From: a virus
Lineage: Duplodnaviria > Caudoviricetes
Length of the DNA stretch: 63,202 nucleotides
Direction: 5' to 3' (one strand)
Virus record (IMG/VR): IMGVR_UViG_3300030329_003706
Coordinates: 1 to 63,202 of that record
A program made the translations under genes and the position numbers. The stretch's first letter is position 1. Each line of letters starts with the position of its first letter. Shown one piece after another: positions 9,969 to 18,958 of the stretch. The notes under the pieces were generated by a model. The model did not search any database, was not told the DNA's origin, and saw nothing but the letters and a program-made list of their open reading frames with translations.

Positions 9969-10595
9969 TTAAGCTTCATATCCATATAATTCTATTAGCA
10001 ACTTACCTGCTGTGTAATCAGCATTTGTTGTAGCACCTAGAGTTAGATACAAGTATGAATCTGCCGCAGGAACGGCTGATAAAATAACAACACTACCTAG
10101 TGATGCGTCACCTGCATTAACCAATAAAGTTTCTGTCAAATCTGAGATAGCCCCATCTTCAACACCTGTTGCTTCAGTTGCAGAATGAATATTGATATCT
10201 GGGTCACCACCTGCAGGAGCTTCAAAACAAGTCATTCTGCCTGCAAGTATAGTTCCGTTTCTCGCGGCGGTTATCTGCCCAATGTGACAAGCATTAGATG
10301 TACCATCAACACCAATAATGTCGCCACTAGCTGTTGATCTTAGTCCTGTAAGGTCAATTAGGATACTTGTGGTAATAATACCACCTGACCTAAGAACCGA
10401 ACTTTTGTAAATAGTACCTGTACCACCTGTGATACCTGTACCTGCTTCTGTAGCCATTGTATTAGCATCAAGCGAAGTAAAGCCTGCAGATGAAATGGAC
10501 ATTTGTGTTGTTTCTGCACCTGTAGATGTGGCTGTAGCTATTGAAGAGTAGCCTCCCTCAGATCGTAAAGTGCCTTTAAATGTAGTATTAGCCAT
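9969..10595 (-). CDS. Virion structural protein (possible capsid fibre/decoration)
   Basis: MANTTFKG N-terminus; first gene after the capsid terminator; AGGAG RBS. Confidence 0.55.
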   Translation of the reverse strand: MANTTFKGTLRSEGGYSSIATATSTGAETTQMSISSAGFTSLDANTMATEAGTGITGGTGTIYKSSVLRSGGIITTSILIDLTGLRSTASGDIIGVDGTSNACHIGQITAARNGTILAGRMTCFEAPAGGDPDINIHSATEATGVEDGAISDLTETLLVNAGDASLGSVVILSAVPAADSYLYLTLGATTNADYTAGKLLIELYGYEA

Positions 10596-10663
10596 GTTTT
10601 ATCTCCTTGTCTTGGCTGTTGTCAATCACACCATGTGATTGTCAAGGTTATTAAACTGTACAT

Positions 10664-10694
10664 AAAAAAAGAGCGACTGACAAGCCGCTCTTTT
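10664..10694 (-). terminator. Intrinsic terminator after the major capsid gene
   Basis: AAAAGAGCG...CGCTCTTTT stem followed by a T-run on the - strand. Confidence 0.7.
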
Positions 10695-10715
10695 AAAATG
10701 TTTTATGTGAAACAG

Positions 10716-11624
10716 TTAAGCTCCAGGAGAACCAAACACACATCTTGGGTCAGAAACACCAAAACTATAACGCTCTCTAGCCTTATAGCGAACATTGCCT
10801 GTTTCAAAATCCCCTTCCATAGAGGTTTTGATAGCACTTCTTTCAAAATGCTTAAAACCATTTGGAGCATCTGTTTTGATAAAAAACGCATCAGTATCGG
10901 TTAAGAAGTGATTTACCACATAACCATCTGGTAGCATTCCCATGTTCTTAACAGCATTTACATCATTATCTGCTGTTCCAGATCTCAGGTTAGAAGCCAT
11001 CAATCTTTCTGCAACAAACTGTAATGCAGGTGGGATAATTAATTTCCTACCTTGTAATGCAATTTTCAAACCTCTTTCATCAATAAAAGCGGCGATATCG
11101 ATTAACGATTGCTCTAGTGATGTTTCATTAAGGTCTGCGGCTGTTGAAAGCTCGTTACGGAAAGTTCCTCCACCTACTGTTGGATGATCAGTCGCACAAA
11201 GCTCTTTACTATCGCCTATTGCGTAACTGCTGTCAAACGCATTGTTTAGTACAGAAGCCGCCTTGACTTGCTTAGTATTAGCCATTGATCTTGCTAATGC
11301 ACGAGTATAACGAGAGCTAAGTCTGTCATAGAGATTATCCTCTACAGCTTCCTCAGTAATCGCAAAAGCAAGTGCAATAGTTTCATGGGTATACCTTGCT
11401 GTAAAAGCTTCGTTTGCAGAGTCATATGCGACTGCCGCTCCCTCACCTTTCACTGGGGCTTGTCCAAAACCAGACAACATTACTTCCTCTTCAAACGCTC
11501 TGTCTGAAGATTCGGTTTCAAAAATTTCGGCATGCTCATTGTCATACCTATCGTACTCCATTCCGAACAAGGCATTTAATCCTGGTTCTAATTCTTTAAG
11601 GAGTTGTGATCTACTTATAGCCAT
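10716..11624 (-). CDS. Major capsid protein
   Basis: MAISRSQLLKELEPGLNALFG...YKARERYSFG..DPR.VFGSPGA, a recognisable MCP family; strong GGAGG RBS; followed by a terminator. Confidence 0.9.
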   Translation of the reverse strand: MAISRSQLLKELEPGLNALFGMEYDRYDNEHAEIFETESSDRAFEEEVMLSGFGQAPVKGEGAAVAYDSANEAFTARYTHETIALAFAITEEAVEDNLYDRLSSRYTRALARSMANTKQVKAASVLNNAFDSSYAIGDSKELCATDHPTVGGGTFRNELSTAADLNETSLEQSLIDIAAFIDERGLKIALQGRKLIIPPALQFVAERLMASNLRSGTADNDVNAVKNMGMLPDGYVVNHFLTDTDAFFIKTDAPNGFKHFERSAIKTSMEGDFETGNVRYKARERYSFGVSDPRCVFGSPGA

Positions 11625-11635
11625 ATTATACCTCC

Positions 11636-12253
11636 TTAAATACCTGCTATCGTACCATTTTGGCTGTAGCCGTAAAAATGGTTCGTAAGTTTAACAATCG
11701 CCAAACGCCCTGCACTTGAGGCATCACTGCTTGAAGGTGTATCTTCAAAACCCATGATTCTCATGTTCAAAGTGTTTGTAGTTGCAACAGTAGAAACTGC
11801 TAACTCACCAGAGGATTTACCTGTGGAAGAATCACCAGAAGTGGCTGTAGCAAAATTGGCGTTTGCGTGAATGGTTGCGTCTGCGGCGGCGGCATCACAA
11901 TTGATCAAAAATAATTGGTCAGGGTGACACGCAACTAATGCAGTCGCGGCGGTCGAACTCTTAAGAGAACTCGTTCCAGGGTACTTGTTCGTAAAGGTTG
12001 GAGTTCCGTCTGTAGCGGTATACTCACAACCAATAAATGCTCCGAGCAGAGGAACAGTTCCACCATTAGCATTGCCCACAATATCAATCATTCCATTCGC
12101 CAACGGTATGACAGGAGTTCCTTCGTATATTACACTGGAAGTTCCCGCCGTCGCTGATGTTTGAATCTTGAAAGAGACAATACCATTAGTGTTTGCTCCT
12201 GCACCAAGCATTTTATAGGGTCTTAACCCAAAGGCGGCGTCTAAATTTGCCAT
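11636..12253 (-). CDS. Capsid decoration/cement-like protein
   Basis: MAN.DAAFGLRP N-terminus; immediately upstream of the MCP. Confidence 0.6.
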   Translation of the reverse strand: MANLDAAFGLRPYKMLGAGANTNGIVSFKIQTSATAGTSSVIYEGTPVIPLANGMIDIVGNANGGTVPLLGAFIGCEYTATDGTPTFTNKYPGTSSLKSSTAATALVACHPDQLFLINCDAAAADATIHANANFATATSGDSSTGKSSGELAVSTVATTNTLNMRIMGFEDTPSSSDASSAGRLAIVKLTNHFYGYSQNGTIAGI

Positions 12254-12280
12254 CGCTTAGTCCTTTCTTCAAAATTAAAA

Positions 12281-12757
12281 TTATTCAGAAGTATTTTGAT
12301 TACCTCCGAAGGTTACACGAGATTGCCTTTCAGGTTTACTGATAGGCATTGACGGATGTTGTTCCCTCATTAAATCGTTATCTACGGCAGTCATTTGATC
12401 AGCTGTTTGCTGACGGTAATAAGTTGTCCGTTGATCACGAGTTTCTTTTGGGAATCTTGCAAGTACCAATCCTCCTACACCTATTACTCCTGCATGTTTT
12501 CCATCTTGGATAGTAGGTGCTTCAAAATCTGGGTACTCATCTGCACGAACAAGCTCAAAGCCTTCGCGAAGCCTAGCAGAAAGATTCTTTTTGTCATCAT
12601 ATCCCATTACAGATTCACGAATCCATCGATGAACAAATCCTTCTGGAGGGGGTGGTGCGTCCAGTGTAGACGGTGGTCGCCACGGAGCGTTGCGACTAGT
12701 TTTCTCCCTTGTCTGGGAATTGCGTGGGTTTCTATTGGTCATTTTTACCTTCCTCAC
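12281..12757 (-). CDS. Conserved head-module protein
   Basis: WRPPSTLDAPPPPEGFVHRWIR motif; lies between scaffold and capsid genes. Confidence 0.6.
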   Translation of the reverse strand: MRKVKMTNRNPRNSQTREKTSRNAPWRPPSTLDAPPPPEGFVHRWIRESVMGYDDKKNLSARLREGFELVRADEYPDFEAPTIQDGKHAGVIGVGGLVLARFPKETRDQRTTYYRQQTADQMTAVDNDLMREQHPSMPISKPERQSRVTFGGNQNTSE

Positions 12758-13674
12758 GATTGTAAGCGTAACTTTTGTTTCGCATATTGTTCATTACTTA
12801 TACCAAGTTTGCGAGCGATTGCAACTTCAGATTGAGTTAACTTGACTTTTTGTTGCCCTCCTCGTTGATTTCCACGATTTGCTCCACCCACAGGAGGGGC
12901 AGATCTACCATTAGCTTTTTGTTGAAACTTATGGGGAAATTCGTTTCTTATTCTTTTATCGAGCTCTTCATAGTACTCATCAGAAGTCCCATCGTAGCCT
13001 TCTTGCTCTATCATTCGCTTATGAAAGCTAAAAGCAGTTAAAGTCATAGGCTCATCAACACCAAACCAAGTGTTTTTATCTGCCCAAGCTTTAGCTTTTG
13101 GATGAGGCTCTTGTGCTTGTGCCACAGGAGGTTCTTTAACTTCTTCCTCTTTAGAAACATTTTGTTCTTCTTTCTGTTGCTTTACATAAGATAATCTTTC
13201 ATTATCTTGTGCTAATTGTGCCAAGTTTTTCTGGGCTTCAACTTGAGCATCAACATCTCCTCTGTCAATAGCATCTTTTAGCTGTTGTTTAAGCATTTGA
13301 TCCTGATACTTAATCCTGTTTTCAAACTCATTAACAAATGTGGTATCTAGTTTTTGTGTTTTCTGGTTTTGTTCTTCAAGTTCTTTTTTCACAGATTGAG
13401 CATAGTCTAAAGCCGCTTTTTCTCTACGTTCAGCTTCACGCATCTTGGCAGTAAGCTTACTAATTCGTTTCTGAACACCTTCACTATAGTTCTCTAACTC
13501 ATCTTTTTGATCAGATTCATTTTCTACAACAGCTTCTTTAGATTGTTCTTGTTCTGGTGTCTTTTCAGCCTCTGCTTGTGTCTCTTGAGCAACAGGTTCC
13601 TCCTTTTCAGGAGTATCTTCTATAATTTCTAATTCTAGTTCTTGTTGAGTTTCTTGCTGTGCTTCAGCTTGCAT
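12754..13674 (-). CDS. Capsid scaffolding protein
   Basis: Acidic coiled coil; AKAWADKNTWFG; C-terminal AIARKLGISNEQYAK. Confidence 0.7.
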   Translation of the reverse strand: MQAEAQQETQQELELEIIEDTPEKEEPVAQETQAEAEKTPEQEQSKEAVVENESDQKDELENYSEGVQKRISKLTAKMREAERREKAALDYAQSVKKELEEQNQKTQKLDTTFVNEFENRIKYQDQMLKQQLKDAIDRGDVDAQVEAQKNLAQLAQDNERLSYVKQQKEEQNVSKEEEVKEPPVAQAQEPHPKAKAWADKNTWFGVDEPMTLTAFSFHKRMIEQEGYDGTSDEYYEELDKRIRNEFPHKFQQKANGRSAPPVGGANRGNQRGGQQKVKLTQSEVAIARKLGISNEQYAKQKLRLQS

Positions 13675-13688
13675 GGTTTACCTCCATG

Positions 13689-14159
13689 TTAAATATGCAA
13701 AATGTCATTAGGGTCTTTAATTCTGGCTAAAATTTCATCATCGTTTAAAATTCTAACCTCTCCACCTTCTATTTTAAAGCGACTTCCTGCGTATCTACCA
13801 AAGATTACCCAATCGCCTTCTCTACACCACGGACCTCCAAGTGGAAACTTATCATAATCATGATAAGCAAGAGGACCTACTCGTAACACATACCCACAAA
13901 CAGTGCCAACTGCTTCTTTTTCCCGTACATCATCAGGAATGTATATACCTCCAGATGTCTTCTTTTTTCCCTGAAATGGTAATAATAAAATTCTCCACCC
14001 TGTAGGCTGAGGCATTTTATCTATAGCATTTTCTGAAAGTTTTGTTGGATCTAGAACTCGATCCTCTTCTTTTACATAGGCTTTTTCTAATTCACCCTGT
14101 TGTTCTTTTTCTTTTTTCTTTTTTATAAAACTATCTGGCACATAAAGTGTCTTAGTCAT
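13689..14159 (-). CDS. groES: GroES-like co-chaperonin
   Basis: P.GWRILL, TSGGIYIPD, VGPLAY, GDWVIFGRYAG and RILNDDEILA motifs. Confidence 0.9.
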   Translation of the reverse strand: MTKTLYVPDSFIKKKKEKEQQGELEKAYVKEEDRVLDPTKLSENAIDKMPQPTGWRILLLPFQGKKKTSGGIYIPDDVREKEAVGTVCGYVLRVGPLAYHDYDKFPLGGPWCREGDWVIFGRYAGSRFKIEGGEVRILNDDEILARIKDPNDILHI

Positions 14160-14343
14160 TATTTACCCTTTCTAGCAGGTCTTTTAGTTCCTGTTCTGTT
14201 TGAGCAAGCTCACTGAGTTTTGCCCTTAACTCTTTAAAAGCTGTATAATCGCCTACAGCACCATAACAAATAGTCTCTTCAACTGATTTGCGTCTTTGTT
14301 GCAGTAGCTTAATCATATTTTCATAAATGTAAAGGTCGTTCAT
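14152..14343 (-). CDS. Hypothetical protein
   Basis: Coupled ORF between the endolysin and groES. Confidence 0.55.
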   Translation of the reverse strand: MNDLYIYENMIKLLQQRRKSVEETICYGAVGDYTAFKELRAKLSELAQTEQELKDLLERVNND

Positions 14344-14346
14344 GAA

Positions 14347-14850
14347 TTATTTTTCCATCATATGTAAAGCAGTTTCCTTAGTTTCATTGTTTCTTCGTGT
14401 CCAACCTTTACCAAAAGTGCTAAAAGTTTTTAAACTTTCATAAAAATCTTGTCTTATTTTGTGCATCTGTTCAATAACGTAACTTGTGTCTTGCATGTTT
14501 ATTAAAGCTAGTGTTTTAGGACCAATCGCTCCATCTTGCCCTGCTCCACATATTTTCTGTATGGCTTTTGCGGCTCTACCTGTACCACTATTAACTGCCC
14601 AATCAAAAACTGCCCAATCTACACCGCTCTCTAAATCATCACACTTGCACCTATCCCAATATTCTTTTTTATAAATAGGAGCTACATCTTCTACAGTGAG
14701 GTCTTTCATATCCTTAGTACCTCCCCATTTTTCATAAACTCTTTTAGTTACTCCAAGGTTAGTTTCGCCTCCTGGATCTTTTGGGTGATTCACATACCCT
14801 CCCTCATGCTTTAATAACATTTTTAGGCATTCATCAAAATTATTCTTCAT
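14347..14850 (-). CDS. Endolysin, glycoside hydrolase family 108 with peptidoglycan-binding domain
   Basis: HEGGYVNHPKDPGGETNLGVT, FDWAVNSG, DGAIGPKT and FGKGWTRR motifs. Confidence 0.92.
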   Translation of the reverse strand: MKNNFDECLKMLLKHEGGYVNHPKDPGGETNLGVTKRVYEKWGGTKDMKDLTVEDVAPIYKKEYWDRCKCDDLESGVDWAVFDWAVNSGTGRAAKAIQKICGAGQDGAIGPKTLALINMQDTSYVIEQMHKIRQDFYESLKTFSTFGKGWTRRNNETKETALHMMEK

Positions 14851-15148
14851 CTTTTTTCTCCTTTTCAGTAATCTCAGCGTTATCTAAAATAAAATCCATC
14901 CAATCTTTTGCAATATCGTAAGAATAAAAACCCTCACAATACATACAAGCTAATCGATCATTAAGTTTCTCCATAGAATGACCACAAACATCACATCTAA
15001 TTGATGGAGGCGTGACTATCATCCATAAGGTTTTTAAAGAACTCTCTATCTTTTGGTAGATATACTTCCACATAGGTATCACAACTAGGACATGACAAAT
15101 TTGTAACCATCGTGTACTCTTCACAGTCTTCAATATCATGGTCACCAC
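14840..15148 (-). CDS. Small Zn-finger protein (true start probably further downstream)
   Basis: CDVCG...CMYC. Confidence 0.4.
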   Translation of the reverse strand: MVTMILKTVKSTRWLQICHVLVVIPMWKYIYQKIESSLKTLWMIVTPPSIRCDVCGHSMEKLNDRLACMYCEGFYSYDIAKDWMDFILDNAEITEKEKKDEE

Positions 15149-15185
15149 CCCAAGTTAGTTCTGTATTACAATGCCAACATTTCAT
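14997..15185 (-). CDS. Small Zn-finger protein
   Basis: MKCWHC..WGGDHD...NLSCPSC; ATG overlaps the holin stop. Confidence 0.65.
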   Translation of the reverse strand: MKCWHCNTELTWGGDHDIEDCEEYTMVTNLSCPSCDTYVEVYLPKDREFFKNLMDDSHASIN

Positions 15186-15583
15186 TTTGTTATTCCTTTT
15201 TGCTTTTCATAAGTCCTAAGACCCCCAATACCTAACATTCCACCTAAAACAGTAAGCAACGTACCCATATCAAACTCGGGTAGCTCTGGAATATCTATAC
15301 CTGCAAAAGAGCAACCAAATATAATTAAATCTTTAATAATAAAATGGTAAGCAAACGCAATCGCACACACCCAACCAACAGCAGGTCGCCAACCCCCTTT
15401 AAAAATAGAACCACTCGCCGCTTCTGCTTTATTAACTTCTATTTGGGCAATACTTAATTCTTGGGCATGTTTTTGACTCATTGTGGCAATTTCATGTGCC
15501 AATGCCGCTTTTTGATCTTTATCTTCTATAAATTTATCTAATAATCCTGTTACAGGACCAACTAAGGAATTTAATAAGCTCAT
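15182..15583 (-). CDS. Holin (3TM/GTA-holin-like)
   Basis: QIEVNKAEA, GWRPAVGWVC and LGGMLGIGGLRTYEK; close to the GH108 endolysin. Confidence 0.85.
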   Translation of the reverse strand: MSLLNSLVGPVTGLLDKFIEDKDQKAALAHEIATMSQKHAQELSIAQIEVNKAEAASGSIFKGGWRPAVGWVCAIAFAYHFIIKDLIIFGCSFAGIDIPELPEFDMGTLLTVLGGMLGIGGLRTYEKQKGITK

Positions 15584-15587
15584 TGGA

Positions 15588-15827
15588 TTAACTTTTTATA
15601 ATTTCTGGTTTAGGTACTTCTGGTATTTTTAGGTTTCTTTCATCCTGTAAATCTGTAGGAATATCTTCCCAAGGATCAGGATACGGAATAATAGGCACAC
15701 CCATTATATCTGTTTCCCACCCAAAAGTGGCTGTCCTTTTACTTTTACCCTTTTTTAACTTATTCTGCTTTTTTGTCCAAGCACTTTGACTTTGCTTTGA
15801 ACCTGCTATTTGATCACTTTTACTCAT
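15588..15827 (-). CDS. Hypothetical protein
   Basis: ORF preceded by a GGGAG RBS. Confidence 0.45.
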   Translation of the reverse strand: MSKSDQIAGSKQSQSAWTKKQNKLKKGKSKRTATFGWETDIMGVPIIPYPDPWEDIPTDLQDERNLKIPEVPKPEIIKS

Positions 15828-15927
15828 AGTTAATCTCCCTAAGCTCCATCTTTACATAAGCATACTTCACATTTTCTATTTAATAAAGCACACCATAGTC
15901 TACGAATATATTTCATTATCACAGCTC

Positions 15928-16251
15928 CTATTGTTTTTTACTTATCCATGCCGATGTTCCCATGTAAGTTCCTACTATACCTGCCATAGAAATATAAAAC
16001 AAGTTACTTACATCACTTAACGCTTTTAATCGTTCTAAAGGTACAAGGGGAGTAAACAACACAAAAGTAAAAACCCCCATAGCAACAAGACTTGCAGTCG
16101 CCATGCGTCTCTGAGCCCTAAGTTTTCTTCCTTCTGCCTCTGCTTCATTAATTTCTTTAACTGCTTGTAGCTCTTCATCCGTTACAACTCCGTCTTGATC
16201 GAGGTCGTATTTGGCGTACTTACTTTCGGGCTGTAGTTTCTTAGCGTTCAA
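15928..16251 (-). CDS. Membrane protein with EF-hand-like loop
   Basis: DLDQDGVVTDEE followed by two hydrophobic segments. Confidence 0.55.
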   Translation of the reverse strand: MNAKKLQPESKYAKYDLDQDGVVTDEELQAVKEINEAEAEGRKLRAQRRMATASLVAMGVFTFVLFTPLVPLERLKALSDVSNLFYISMAGIVGTYMGTSAWISKKQ

Positions 16252-16586
16252 AACACACCTTTAAACTTTATACCTTTTAAAGTTGCTCCCGCTCCACGAG
16301 AAACAAAAGGCGTTCCTGCTCTGTCTTCTGTAGCATTCATCAAAGCGGCATTTTCTCCTCCACTAGGGCTTCCCATTGACCGCATTATTCTTTCACCATG
16401 CCCACCATGTTTAGCCATAACTCTCTTTTTTGTTTTCTTATTAGACTTTTTAGCATATTTACCCAAATGCCAGTCAGGATCTAGTTGAAAAATTTCTGCC
16501 TCTATTTCCGATTGGTTATCATCGGTTAACGAACCTTCTAGTTCTTTTATACGGTTTATATCATCTTTTCCTATTGTATCAGCCAT
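16248..16586 (-). CDS. Hypothetical protein
   Basis: Coupled to the portal stop; C-terminal SRGAGATLKG.KFKGVF. Confidence 0.5.
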   Translation of the reverse strand: MADTIGKDDINRIKELEGSLTDDNQSEIEAEIFQLDPDWHLGKYAKKSNKKTKKRVMAKHGGHGERIMRSMGSPSGGENAALMNATEDRAGTPFVSRGAGATLKGIKFKGVF

Positions 16587-18958
16587 TAGTTTCCTCCTTT
16601 AACTGATTGTTGTGTTCGTTCTCTTGCTATTTGAGCTCTCATATTAGCAATATCCTCTGTTGATTGTATTCGCTCTCTTGCTATGTCGGCTGTATCTTTA
16701 TTTTTCATAGCATCTTGCTGTAACTTTTGTTCATCTACTTGGGCATCTTGGTTAATTTGCTTCTCACGCAAGGCTACCTCTTGTTTCTTAATTTCTACAA
16801 GTGGGTCTTGGTCTGTTTGTGGTGGGTTTTGTTGTTGGAACTCCATTATTAACTGTGCTTGTATTTGTGCGAGCATTTGTGCATGAGCCTCGGGCGGTTG
16901 TTGCTGTGCCTGTGGGTCTTGTGCCATTTGTTGATCATGAACTACTTGTGCTTTCATACCGAGATGTTCGTAAATATGCTTTTCTAATGTCAACAACAAC
17001 GGTGGTTGCATCTGGGCAACCTTACTATTCATATAAGCCAAGTGTACAGCAATATGAGCATCGTGGTCTTGTTGAGGAAATGCCTGTATCTGCGTTTGTC
17101 CTTCTGCGGCTTGACTGGCTTTTTGGTTTTCTGTTGCAGGATCCAATGGCTGTGGTGGCTCTTTCGGGGTCAATATCTGCTCGACATTATTCACACCCAA
17201 TGCTTCATAAACTCGACGGTAAGCCTCGTGCATATTGTGCAATTCTGGAGCCGCAGTCGCCAATTTTAACTGTTCTTGTGCCAAAACCACTCTTTGTGAC
17301 ATACTAAAAATATTAGGGTCACTAACAGGTAATATATCAACACGGTTATCAAAATCTTGTGCCTTAATTTGATTATCCGCACCAACTTCATAAGGATAAG
17401 GGGTAGGATCCTCACCAAATAAAGAACTCAATAACCTTAATTCACTTTTCATACTCGCATGTAACCGTTTATGCACAGCACTAACTATCTTTGCTCCTCT
17501 TTCAAGTAAAGCAATGGTTGTACCTACAGGCATTTCTTGGTTTCCATCCCCAACACCCATATCTGTAGTACCAATAAACTTCTGAGCCGCACTCACCACA
17601 AACCCCATTAACTGAAATAACGTACCAGAAGGTTCTTTATAGGGCAAAGGCATCAAACTTGTGCGTAAATCACCTCCAGGAACATCAACATCTCTAAATT
17701 CTCCTGGAGATAAAGGGTTTTGGTCATCAGCAATACGCAAACCCCGAGCTTTAAATCCCGCAGGCATATTACTCAACGTTCCCGCATCGATTAATTGGCG
17801 TAAATTCGCTGTAGCTGTGCGTGAAAGATTAGAAAGTAGGTGTATTAACCCAAAACCATAAAATCCAAGTCCTGGAGTAAACTTATACTGCACAAAATGG
17901 GGTATTTTATCCTTATTTACATCATCTGGGCGGTAATTTCTGCGTATTGAAAGCACCTCATGGCTTGTTTCACTCACAGTAACTACATAAGGTAACTTAA
18001 TTTCAGTCAATTGACCGCTTTCATCGGTATCTGGGTACTCATCCAAGTCCAAATAACAATGGCACTCATATAAAATCACCTCATCTGAATCATTAGCAGG
18101 GCTAACTCCTTCAAGTTTTTCATACGCTTTCTTAATTTCATTGTTTGGCTCATCACTATCCTTAGAAATATCAATTTCTTTGTAAAAACCCTTTACCTGT
18201 AGCTTCCGAAGGTCATTTTGCGACATACGAATAATATGAGTCACACGGTCAGCAGTCTTTAAATCAACAGCAGTGTACGGTACAATCACATCTTCCGCAG
18301 GTACAAACTTACTAACAGGGCGATTTAATACATCATCTTTATAAATTTTCTTAAAAGTTGATCCCGCCAACCCCAAATAATACAACATCTGGTCAAACTC
18401 TGGCTCATACTCCTCCATCTGGTACATTATCTGGTAATTCATATAATCTTGAACACGCTTCGCCTGCTTTTCCGTTTCGATACTAGGCACTCCTACAATA
18501 TTAGCTCGCACAGGACCACCACTCGGCAACATCTCCTTATATGCTCCTGCCTGAAACTGCGTAACGGCTTCATTCAAAACAGGGTGGATTACACCTGTTG
18601 CTCCATCAAAAGGTTCAGTACGGGACTCATACTTCAAACCAAGCAAATCTAAACCCTTTGTATATGTCTCTACCCACTCCTCTCTACTATTCTTATCCTC
18701 TTCTACGTTTTCAATTACCATAGAAGCAATATCAGTAAGGGTGCTATCCTCTAAATTATCTACTAAGTTATCGAAAAAATCATCAGGTTCAGTACCCATA
18801 ACCTGCTCTTCACCAAAAATAACTTCCGCACCACCATCTTCCGTTTCTATAGCCTCTACTTCAACATCTAAAGGTTGTTCTGCCTCCATCTCCATAGGGG
18901 TAAGCATATCATCTGGGGCTTGCAAAAGTGATCTATCTACATTACTTGGTTTTGCCAT
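16586..18958 (-). CDS. Portal protein
   Basis: 790 aa directly after TerL; EAVTQFQA, PGLGFYGFGL and RQLIDAGTLSN motifs; long Gln-rich C-terminal coiled coil. Confidence 0.88.
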   Translation of the reverse strand: MAKPSNVDRSLLQAPDDMLTPMEMEAEQPLDVEVEAIETEDGGAEVIFGEEQVMGTEPDDFFDNLVDNLEDSTLTDIASMVIENVEEDKNSREEWVETYTKGLDLLGLKYESRTEPFDGATGVIHPVLNEAVTQFQAGAYKEMLPSGGPVRANIVGVPSIETEKQAKRVQDYMNYQIMYQMEEYEPEFDQMLYYLGLAGSTFKKIYKDDVLNRPVSKFVPAEDVIVPYTAVDLKTADRVTHIIRMSQNDLRKLQVKGFYKEIDISKDSDEPNNEIKKAYEKLEGVSPANDSDEVILYECHCYLDLDEYPDTDESGQLTEIKLPYVVTVSETSHEVLSIRRNYRPDDVNKDKIPHFVQYKFTPGLGFYGFGLIHLLSNLSRTATANLRQLIDAGTLSNMPAGFKARGLRIADDQNPLSPGEFRDVDVPGGDLRTSLMPLPYKEPSGTLFQLMGFVVSAAQKFIGTTDMGVGDGNQEMPVGTTIALLERGAKIVSAVHKRLHASMKSELRLLSSLFGEDPTPYPYEVGADNQIKAQDFDNRVDILPVSDPNIFSMSQRVVLAQEQLKLATAAPELHNMHEAYRRVYEALGVNNVEQILTPKEPPQPLDPATENQKASQAAEGQTQIQAFPQQDHDAHIAVHLAYMNSKVAQMQPPLLLTLEKHIYEHLGMKAQVVHDQQMAQDPQAQQQPPEAHAQMLAQIQAQLIMEFQQQNPPQTDQDPLVEIKKQEVALREKQINQDAQVDEQKLQQDAMKNKDTADIARERIQSTEDIANMRAQIARERTQQSVKGGN

